Notes under the pieces: model-generated
Databases searched by the model: none
What the model saw: only the letters and a program-made list of their open reading frames with translations
What the model was told of the DNA's origin: nothing
Part shown: positions 7,556-14,377 of the stretch, piece after piece
Layout: every line of letters begins with the position of its first letter
Numbering within the stretch: the stretch's first letter is position 1
Made by a program: the position numbers and the translations under genes
DNA from: an uncultured Candidatus Saccharibacteria bacterium
GTDB lineage: Bacteria > Patescibacteriota > Minisyncoccia > UBA6257 > UBA11618
Assembly: GCA_964432405.1 (NCBI GenBank)
Contig: CAYSNH010000002.1
Location: 1-24,594, forward strand
Reading direction: 5' to 3'
DNA length: 24,594 bases

Positions 7556-8286
7556 TATTTAATAACTAAATTACCATTAATCACTTGGACTCTAATTTTA
7601 GCTGGGACAGCATTTCCTTTCCAACCTATTTTCCGTGCTTGTTTAATAGTAAGATAATAACCCGGTTGTCCAAAACTACTTCGACAGTGCGGACACCATT
7701 GAGGCTCAGTTATCTTAACTTCCACAAAAGTATTTGGTTTTTGTAATACTTTTTCTAATTCTTCTAAGGTAACGTAATATAATTTATTCTTTCCGAAAGT
7801 TCCCAAAAAAGTACTAAAGTATCCTGAATATTTTGGATTTGGATGAAGCTTAAAGTCCTTGAATGATTTCTCAAAATCGTGATACTGAGAAACTTGGGGA
7901 GGGGTAGACGTTGTTGGAGGCTCAGGCTGTTCGTGATCTTGCTCTCTTAGCTTCTCTCTTAGGTTCTCAATAGCTTCTTCAACTCCATTACTAGGACCAA
8001 TAATGATGTTTCTAGTAGGTTTAGAGGGTCTAGTTGTAGGAGGAGTAACTGCTTCTTCATCAATAGGAGGGACTGATGAATCTCCTGACTGAGCACTAAT
8101 CTCTGCTTGAATAACTGCTATTTCTTGATTGAGCTCTTTAATTTCTTTGGTTACTTTGTTTAAGCGCTCAATATAGTTTTTTAAAGTATCTACTGGATCT
8201 TTTCCCTGAACATATCCAATAGTAGGGGCTAGTAGAATGCCTGCTACAAGAATAACTCCTATTGTTTTGAAGATTCCTTTGTGCAT
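7555..8286 (-). CDS. Secreted or anchored coiled-coil, Pro-rich protein with a C-terminal WCPHC motif (243 aa)
   Basis: Signal-like N-terminus (IGVILVAGILLAPTIGYVQG), coiled coil, PPTTRPSKP and EPPTTSTPP linkers, and a C-terminal roughly 70 aa containing WCPHC (7684..7698). Start is 1 nt after the upstream stop; its stop overlaps the next ATG by 1 nt. Confidence 0.7.
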   Translation of the reverse strand: MHKGIFKTIGVILVAGILLAPTIGYVQGKDPVDTLKNYIERLNKVTKEIKELNQEIAVIQAEISAQSGDSSVPPIDEEAVTPPTTRPSKPTRNIIIGPSNGVEEAIENLREKLREQDHEQPEPPTTSTPPQVSQYHDFEKSFKDFKLHPNPKYSGYFSTFLGTFGKNKLYYVTLEELEKVLQKPNTFVEVKITEPQWCPHCRSSFGQPGYYLTIKQARKIGWKGNAVPAKIRVQVINGNLVIK

Positions 8287-8287
8287 A

Positions 8288-9757
8288 TTATTTTTTCTTT
8301 AAACTATCAAGCTCTTTTTTCAATTCGGCTATTTGTTCTAAGTAAGTGTCAAGATCAGGTTTGCCATTAGGATCCTTATATACGTCTTGCCAATTTTTAC
8401 CTAAGTAAGTGATGAGGTCCGTCAATATCTTTATTTTTTCTGCTACTTTAGCATCCCTCTCTTTGATTTTATCAGCTAATTTTTTTTCAAGATCTTCTTT
8501 TTCATCAAAAGGCGACTGAATTTCTAAATCCTCATATCCTCCAGGCAAGCCCTCTCTTATCTCATCTTCAATAATCTTAAAATCATTATTTTTTTGGTAT
8601 TCAAGAAGAGCTTCCAACGAAATTTTAATTTCTATTTCTGAACATCCCGATTCTGTGCAAACTTGAATCTTAATTACACAATCAGTTTTTCCTTTTTTAT
8701 CAAAGCAAAATGTGCCAATAATATTTCCCTCTTCATCAACTGGTATTTTTATCTCACCGTCTGAAACCGCAAATGGATCAGTTGTTGGGGGTTCAGCTCC
8801 ATCTGATTGTGCGTCATCCATAGAATCTTGTCTCTCTTGTCTCTGTTGTATGAGATCTCTTAATTGTTGAATTCTTTCATCCCTTGCAGCATTTTCTTTT
8901 CTAAGCCTTTCTATCAGTGCAGCTGCCTCAGCTTCTGTTTTTGGATCTGAGCCTTTGGAAGGAGGGTTGTTCATTCTTTGAGCTAAAAGACTTATTAAGC
9001 TAATAGATGTTCTTTTTTTACCAATACCAAGCTCTTTTTCTAATCTTCTTTCTTCAGCTTCTTTTTCCATTGCCTCCCTCTCTAATTTATTAATTTCCTG
9101 TATTTGAGCCTTGGTAGGAGGACGTACAGGAGGTGTTATAGGCACAATACCATTTTGATAAAAAGCAACTTTATTCATTATTGCCGCAAGCGCTTTCTTA
9201 GCGCTTTCCACCTCTTTTTTTGAGCCTGGGTCCGTTGAAAAAGCTACAATAAATATAGGCTTATTAAATCCATGATATATAGTATTTTGCGCTCCTGTAT
9301 TTGGATTTCTAACTATTTCCGTGTGACCTAAAAGATTTCTTATTTTTATAGCATCCTGTCGAATACCAACTATATGATTTTTTATTCTATTATTATCAAA
9401 TTTTATTTTGCCTTCTTTCATATCTTTCATATCTTTTATCAAGGCATTTACTTTCTTATTTTCTGTCAGTAGAACTCTTTTAATTTCTTCTATATTTTTA
9501 ATAGCCGCCCTCCTTATATCGTTGCCAAGTAAAGAGGCTCTGATATCTGCATTGAGCTTTTTTTGTTTTTCGACCATAAGATCAAAGTTAACAATAATCA
9601 TTTGATTAACTTCCCGCAGAACCTTATCTAAGTCTTCCTTATTTGGCTGCCCAACAGCGCCAGTAAAAACATTACCTTGCTGACCAAATCCTATAATCAA
9701 CAATAATAAAAGCGCTCCTAATACAATAAGACCTTTTTTTCTACTTTTAGCTTTCAT
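8288..9757 (-). CDS. Membrane-anchored coiled-coil protein of unknown function (489 aa), first gene of the operon
   Basis: MKAKSRKKGLIVLGALLLLLIIGF anchor, long charged coiled-coil regions, and a four-Cys cluster (CFDKKGKTDCVIKIQVCTESGC). No family recognised. Confidence 0.7.
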   Translation of the reverse strand: MKAKSRKKGLIVLGALLLLLIIGFGQQGNVFTGAVGQPNKEDLDKVLREVNQMIIVNFDLMVEKQKKLNADIRASLLGNDIRRAAIKNIEEIKRVLLTENKKVNALIKDMKDMKEGKIKFDNNRIKNHIVGIRQDAIKIRNLLGHTEIVRNPNTGAQNTIYHGFNKPIFIVAFSTDPGSKKEVESAKKALAAIMNKVAFYQNGIVPITPPVRPPTKAQIQEINKLEREAMEKEAEERRLEKELGIGKKRTSISLISLLAQRMNNPPSKGSDPKTEAEAAALIERLRKENAARDERIQQLRDLIQQRQERQDSMDDAQSDGAEPPTTDPFAVSDGEIKIPVDEEGNIIGTFCFDKKGKTDCVIKIQVCTESGCSEIEIKISLEALLEYQKNNDFKIIEDEIREGLPGGYEDLEIQSPFDEKEDLEKKLADKIKERDAKVAEKIKILTDLITYLGKNWQDVYKDPNGKPDLDTYLEQIAELKKELDSLKKK

Positions 9758-9760
9758 GTA

Positions 9761-9789
9761 TTGACAAAATGTTAATTTTATTATATAGT
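9761..9789 (+). promoter_or_regulatory. Near-consensus sigma-70 promoter for the small plus-strand ORF
   Basis: TTGACA (9761..9766), 17-nt spacer, TATAGT (9784..9789). Confidence 0.55.
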
Positions 9790-9828
9790 TATGAAAGAAA
9801 CTCGTTCATTAACAAGTCTTAGGAGAAG

Positions 9829-9942
9829 ATGATGAAAAATAAAATCATTTACTTCCTTCTGGGAGTGGCAACTACTCTCGCGTGCATTCGAGGCTATCAG
9901 CTTTTCTGGATTTGGTACTGGAAAACTTACCCTTTAATGTAA
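9829..9942 (+). CDS. Small hydrophobic membrane peptide, 37 aa (MMKNKIIYFLLGVATTLACIRGYQLFWIWYWKTYPLM)
   Basis: Below the ORF-track size cutoff. AGGAG at 9821..9825, tandem ATGs at 9829 and 9832, one predicted TM, Trp/Tyr-rich C-terminus, TAA at 9940..9942. Flanked by its own promoter and terminator. Confidence 0.5.
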   Translation: MMKNKIIYFLLGVATTLACIRGYQLFWIWYWKTYPLM

Positions 9943-9949
9943 CGCTCAT

Positions 9950-9978
9950 CCAACCTGTAACTGCAGGTTGGTTTTTTT
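9950..9978 (+). terminator. Rho-independent terminator of the small ORF
   Basis: CCAACCTG (9950..9957), 6-nt loop, CAGGTTGG (9964..9971), then T7 (9972..9978). No U-tract in the minus-strand orientation. Confidence 0.65.
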
Positions 9979-10030
9979 ATTGAACTAATATAAGTATATT
10001 ATAAATAGCTACCCAGTACTTGTGTATAAG

Positions 10031-11800
10031 TTACTTCTTCAATAACTCTTTAAAAATAGAGGCAGGGATCTGAACCTGAGTCTTGTCAGCTCTCTCCTGC
10101 AAACGAGCCTTACCCTTCTGTTGTTTTTTCCATAATTTCATCTTTCTAGTCCGGTCACCACCATAGAGGTAGCCGGTAACATCCTTACGAAACGCCGGAA
10201 TGGTTTCTCGAGCGATAATCTGACCATGCGCTTTGGCTTGTAGGGCCTGTTTAAACTGCTGACGAGGAAGAAGCTCCTTAAGTTTTTCCACTGAAGCTCT
10301 AGCCTCTCGATCCACCTTATCCTTAGGGAGAATGCGGGTTAACCCTGGAACCACAAAGCCCGCTACTAATATTTCTAGCTTTTCTAACTCATTAGCCTGA
10401 TAACCAATTAATTCATAACTAAGAGAAGCGTAACCCTCTGATAAGGATTTCAATTTATCATCAAAGTCACTAATCAAGTCGGCTAAAGGCAATTTAGCTT
10501 TTATTAACATGCGATTACCTAAATTCTCAGTCTCAAAATCACTCAGACGGAAAACGTCGGTCAAAGACATAACACCTCCTAGATATTCAGCAGGAGCAAT
10601 GATTTCTAGCTGAACCATCGGTTCCTGGGCCTCTACATAGTCATCAGGGAAATCTTTAGGGCTATTAATATCTTGCATGCCTGATCTGGTCTTAACCTTA
10701 TACTTCACCGAAGGAAAACTCTGGACGGTTTCTAAATCAAACTCTTTAGCTAATCTTTCAGCGATAATCTCAAAGTGAAGCTGACCAAGAAAACCACTCT
10801 GAAAACCTCTGCCTAGTAATTCACTAGAGTCTGGCTCAAAAACCAAAGAGGAGTCGTTAAGCTGTAATTTAGCTAAAGCCTGCTTCAAATTATCAAAATC
10901 ATTATTATCTTGAGGATAAAAAGAAACGAAGACCACGGGTTGTGGCTCCTGATAATCAGCTAAAGCAGCAGAAGGAGTATCTTTTAGGGTGATTGTGTCA
11001 CCAATCTTGATCTGATTAGGATCTTTGATGCCTGTAGCGATATAACCTATCTCGCCATTAGCCAGTTGCTCACTAGCAGTTAACTTGGGCTGGAAATATC
11101 CTAACTCCTTAATCTTGCTTGAGGATTTAGTAGCGACAAAGTGAATATTTTTAAAAGGATTGAGCTGACCTGAAAAAACTCTAATAAAAGCGATGACTCC
11201 TTTGTGGTCATCATAATATGAGTCAAAGATAAGGGCTTGATGCTTCTCATCACCAGCTTGAGGAGCGGGAATGTCTTTAATAACATGCTCCAACAAATCC
11301 TCCACCCCCTCACCCGTCTTACCTGAAACCTTGATGATATCGCTAGAATCAACTGCTAATAACTCTGCCAGTGTATTAATAGTGTCTTCTAGATGAGCGG
11401 GTTTGAGATCAACCTTGGTAACTGCGCCGATAATCTTGAGACCAGCCTTTTTAGCAGCTTCAAAGTTAGCTAAAGTCTGAGCCTGAATACCTTGAGCGGC
11501 ATCGACTAATAAGATGGCGCCCTCAACAGCAGCTAGAGCCCGAGAGACTTCGTATGAAAAATCTGAGTGACCTGGGGTATCGATTAGGTTTAAGATGTGG
11601 TCCTTATAGGTCATGCGTACCGGAGCCATTTTGATAGTGATACCTCTTTCTCTCTCTGACTCCAACTGATCGAGATATTGGGGTTGTAGCTGGCGTTTAG
11701 AGACGGTTGAGGTAGCTTCAAGCAGCCGATCGGCCAAGGTCGACTTCCCATGATCAATGTGGGCGATAATAACAAAATTTCTAATTTTTTTTGTATCCAT
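10031..11800 (-). CDS. lepA: Translation elongation factor 4 (LepA)
   Basis: G1 AHIDHGKST, G3 DTPGH, TKVD G4 variant, and a LepA-specific C-terminus (YGGDRTRKMKLWKKQQKGKARL). The ORF track starts at TTG 11806. The ATG at 11800 (MDTKKIRNFVIIAHIDHGKS) matches LepA N-termini better. Confidence 0.9.
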   Translation of the reverse strand: MDTKKIRNFVIIAHIDHGKSTLADRLLEATSTVSKRQLQPQYLDQLESERERGITIKMAPVRMTYKDHILNLIDTPGHSDFSYEVSRALAAVEGAILLVDAAQGIQAQTLANFEAAKKAGLKIIGAVTKVDLKPAHLEDTINTLAELLAVDSSDIIKVSGKTGEGVEDLLEHVIKDIPAPQAGDEKHQALIFDSYYDDHKGVIAFIRVFSGQLNPFKNIHFVATKSSSKIKELGYFQPKLTASEQLANGEIGYIATGIKDPNQIKIGDTITLKDTPSAALADYQEPQPVVFVSFYPQDNNDFDNLKQALAKLQLNDSSLVFEPDSSELLGRGFQSGFLGQLHFEIIAERLAKEFDLETVQSFPSVKYKVKTRSGMQDINSPKDFPDDYVEAQEPMVQLEIIAPAEYLGGVMSLTDVFRLSDFETENLGNRMLIKAKLPLADLISDFDDKLKSLSEGYASLSYELIGYQANELEKLEILVAGFVVPGLTRILPKDKVDREARASVEKLKELLPRQQFKQALQAKAHGQIIARETIPAFRKDVTGYLYGGDRTRKMKLWKKQQKGKARLQERADKTQVQIPASIFKELLKK

Positions 11801-11807
11801 AAACAAA

Positions 11808-11935
11808 GAACCCTGTTTTTGGTAATTCCAGCTAGATGTTAGAGTGGGTAAGATCTCAGATTAATTCCACGGAACTAAACTATATTGACCTCCCGTTAGG
11901 AATACGATTGACCTGGAATATCAAGAACAGGATTC
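11808..11935 (-). promoter_or_regulatory. Structured 5' leader of lepA, closed by a long-range helix
   Basis: In minus-strand RNA, GAAUCCUGUU (11935..11926) pairs with AACAGGGUUC (11817..11808): 10 bp including one U-G. UUCCAG (11918..11913) pairs with CUGGAA (11831..11826), with shorter pairs between. The 3' arm ends 7 nt before the ATG. Confidence 0.4.
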
Positions 11936-11942
11936 TGCCTAT

Positions 11943-11951
11943 ATTATAACA
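11943..11951 (-). promoter_or_regulatory. Extended -10 promoter element (TGTTATAAT) for lepA
   Basis: Reverse strand reads TGTTATAAT. The expected transcription start, about 7 nt downstream, coincides with the first base of the 5' helix arm (about 11935). Confidence 0.4.
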
Positions 11952-11972
11952 AAAATAAGCGATTAAAGAAAG

Positions 11973-12569
11973 TTATTCTAAAATACCGTCTAAGTTAGTA
12001 TCGTAAAGAATAGCCTCTTGGATATTACGATAGTTAAGCAGTTCCTGCTCATTAAACCAGAGCTTGATCTCCGCCTCCGCCTCATCCACGTCACCAGAAG
12101 CATGAATTAGATTTCTAACCGCTCTGCCATCAGTGTCAGAGACTTGGTAGGAGTCGATAGTGTAATCACCTCTAATAGTGCCCACATCAGAAGAAAGAGG
12201 TTCAGTGGCACCAGTTATCTTTCGCACTACGCCCACCGCGTGCATCCCTTGCCAAACCATCGCTACTACCGGCCCAGAAGATAGGTATTTTTTAAGGCTA
12301 TCTAAAACCTGATCAGCAATCACTATCGGATCCTCAGAGGGAGGTTGCTGGCCTTTCTTTTTATACGCCTCGATAGATTTTTCTCCAACATTCTTTTTCC
12401 ATTCAGGATTAACAGTATAATGCTGCTCAATCATCTCTACCGTAGGAACAGCCATTTTAAGGCCTATTAATTTAAGACCGCTCCTTTCGAAGCGTTGAAT
12501 AATCTCACCAATTAAAGATCGTTGCACCCCATCAGGTTTAATAACCACGAGGGTTTTTTCATTTTTCAT
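11973..12569 (-). CDS. ndk: Nucleoside diphosphate kinase, long form (198 aa)
   Basis: TLVVIKPDGV N-terminus and catalytic His context NLIHASGD. Compared with the E. coli enzyme it carries an insertion after the HY motif and a C-terminal extension. Confidence 0.85.
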   Translation of the reverse strand: MKNEKTLVVIKPDGVQRSLIGEIIQRFERSGLKLIGLKMAVPTVEMIEQHYTVNPEWKKNVGEKSIEAYKKKGQQPPSEDPIVIADQVLDSLKKYLSSGPVVAMVWQGMHAVGVVRKITGATEPLSSDVGTIRGDYTIDSYQVSDTDGRAVRNLIHASGDVDEAEAEIKLWFNEQELLNYRNIQEAILYDTNLDGILE

Positions 12570-12573
12570 TTTT

Positions 12574-12933
12574 TTATTTTATAGTTTTTATTAAAGGAAT
12601 CCCGTTAATTCCAGAAGGAATATAGATTTGAGTGTGATTTGGACTTCGAGCCATCTTCTCTTGAGCCTTGATAGCTAGATACTGAAGATATTGATCATTT
12701 AGTGATTGATTAATAATCTTTTGACTCTGAGCTATCCCCTTAGCCTCCTCAACTCTAATTTCAGCATTTTGCTTCTCTACCTGAATCAATTGCTCTTGTT
12801 GCTTGATTCTAATCTCATTAACCAATACCTCATTCTGAGCATCAGCCCTCTTCTGATATCGAGAAAAGGCTGGTAGGCCGAAAGCAAGGCCGATTAACAA
12901 AATGACTGACAATATAAACAACGGTAGTCTCAT
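12574..12933 (-). CDS. Membrane-anchored coiled-coil protein, resembling the C-terminal part of SPFH/prohibitin proteins (tentative)
   Basis: N-terminal TM (LPLFILSVILLIGLAFGL), then a helical AEIRVEEAKGIAQSQKII...YLQYLAIKAQEKMA...IYIP segment resembling the region after the SPFH core. Confidence 0.35.
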   Translation of the reverse strand: MRLPLFILSVILLIGLAFGLPAFSRYQKRADAQNEVLVNEIRIKQQEQLIQVEKQNAEIRVEEAKGIAQSQKIINQSLNDQYLQYLAIKAQEKMARSPNHTQIYIPSGINGIPLIKTIK

Positions 12934-12942
12934 AAGTTTTTT

Positions 12943-14349
12943 TTATTTCTTCTTTTTCTTGATTTCCAAACTAAGCTCTTTCAACTGATCTGCTGATACT
13001 TCACTAGGTGAGTTCATCATCAAATCTTGCATCTCGCCTGTTTTTGGAAAAGCAATAACTTCACGAATATTGGGCTCATTATTAAGGATTGCAACCAATC
13101 GGTCAAGACCTAGAGCAACACCACCATGAGGTGGAACTCCATAATCGAAGGCTTTGAGAATGTGACCAAACTTAGCCTCAACCTCGGTTGACTTGTTACC
13201 TAAAACCTCAAAAGAGGCCTGAAGAAGCTTTGGATCATGAATTCTGATAGAACCACCACCAACCTCATAACCGTTTAAGACCAAGTCATACTGATAGGCC
13301 AATATCTTACCAGGATCATCAGCAAAGGCTTTTTTCAGCTCTTTAGCATCTTTAACCTTAGGCTGAGTGAAGGGATGGTGCATAGCTCCCCAACGCTTAT
13401 CCCCCTCCTTGTATTCAAAAGCTGGGAAATCAACCACAAAAGCAAATGCTAACTCATCAGGATCATCCTGCTTGTTTCTCAAATCTGGTCGATCAGACTT
13501 ATATTTTTTCATTGCTTCCTTATGAGTTAGGCGAGGAAAAGGCGTCTGCTTTATTTTTTTATCAGGATAGATTTCTTTAACCAGCTTGATCATCAGGTCT
13601 TCTGTGAGCTGCATAACCTCTTCTGAGTCTGTAAAGCTCATCTCAATGTCTAGTTGAGTAAAGCCAGGTTGACGATCACCCCGAGGATCCTCATCTCTAA
13701 AGCAATGTGGTAGCTGAAAGTATTTTTCAAAACCAGCCACCATCAATAACTGCTTATACTGTTGCGGTGACTGAGGAAGGGCGTAGAACTTGCCCGGATT
13801 CATTCGAGAAGGAACTAAGAAGTCTCTAGCTCCCTCAGGAGTTGATTTAGAAAGAATAGGGGTCTCTATTTCAACAAAATCTTCAGCCGTTAAATGGTTG
13901 CGAATAAATTGATTGGTTTTGTGCCTCATCCGAAGATTTTTTTGTAGGCGAGGTCGTCGCAGGTCAAGATAACGATATTTGAGACGACTCTCCTCACCAA
14001 TGTCAAAACCATCGCTATCGATAGCGATAGGTGGAGTCTGAGCCTCACTAATGATCTCAATATTTTCCGCCTTAATCTCCCACTGACCACTAGCTAGATC
14101 AGGATTGATAAGGTTTTCTGGTCGCTTGTTAACCTGGCCGGTTAATTTAATAACCCACTCTGGACGAAGCTGTTCGGCCTGACCAAAAAGTATTTTATCC
14201 TTTGCTACAAAAACACATTGAGCTAGACCGGTACGATCCCGAAGATCTATGAAAATAAGTTTGCCGTGATCTCGTCTGATAGAAACCCAGCCCATTAAAG
14301 TAACCTTCTTGCCCTCATGTTTACCAATATCACTAGTTAAGATTCTCAT
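12943..14349 (-). CDS. aspS: Aspartate--tRNA ligase, bacterial-type core without the GAD insertion domain
   Basis: OB-fold N-terminus (VTLMGWVSIRRDHGKLIFIDLRDRTG), QSPQQYKQLLM, motif 2 FRDEDPRGDRQPGFTQLDIEMSF, motif 3 GGVALGLDRLV. The ORF track starts at TTG 14385. The ATG at 14349 (MRILTSD) aligns with known AspRS N-termini. Confidence 0.85.
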   Translation of the reverse strand: MRILTSDIGKHEGKKVTLMGWVSIRRDHGKLIFIDLRDRTGLAQCVFVAKDKILFGQAEQLRPEWVIKLTGQVNKRPENLINPDLASGQWEIKAENIEIISEAQTPPIAIDSDGFDIGEESRLKYRYLDLRRPRLQKNLRMRHKTNQFIRNHLTAEDFVEIETPILSKSTPEGARDFLVPSRMNPGKFYALPQSPQQYKQLLMVAGFEKYFQLPHCFRDEDPRGDRQPGFTQLDIEMSFTDSEEVMQLTEDLMIKLVKEIYPDKKIKQTPFPRLTHKEAMKKYKSDRPDLRNKQDDPDELAFAFVVDFPAFEYKEGDKRWGAMHHPFTQPKVKDAKELKKAFADDPGKILAYQYDLVLNGYEVGGGSIRIHDPKLLQASFEVLGNKSTEVEAKFGHILKAFDYGVPPHGGVALGLDRLVAILNNEPNIREVIAFPKTGEMQDLMMNSPSEVSADQLKELSLEIKKKKK

Positions 14350-14377
14350 TGATAAAATGATAGGATATTTAGCCGGT

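Noticed and set aside
6242-9605. Short plus-strand ORFs at 6242..6475, 6960..7169 and 9408..9605
   Set aside because: All are antisense to operon genes and give Ile/Leu/Phe/Ser-rich translations, as expected from antisense Lys/Glu/Asn-rich coding sequence.
11101-11352. 83-aa minus-strand ORF in an alternative frame of lepA
   Set aside because: It overlaps the conserved GTPase/domain II region of lepA in another frame. There is no independent start signal.
11808-11935. Possible SRP (4.5S) RNA or 6S RNA, because of a CCAGGUCA string and a long closing helix
   Set aside because: It lacks the conserved SRP domain IV elements (GGAA tetraloop, AGCA/GNAR symmetric-loop context). It is too short and lacks the central bubble architecture of 6S RNA. 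It is better explained as a lepA leader.
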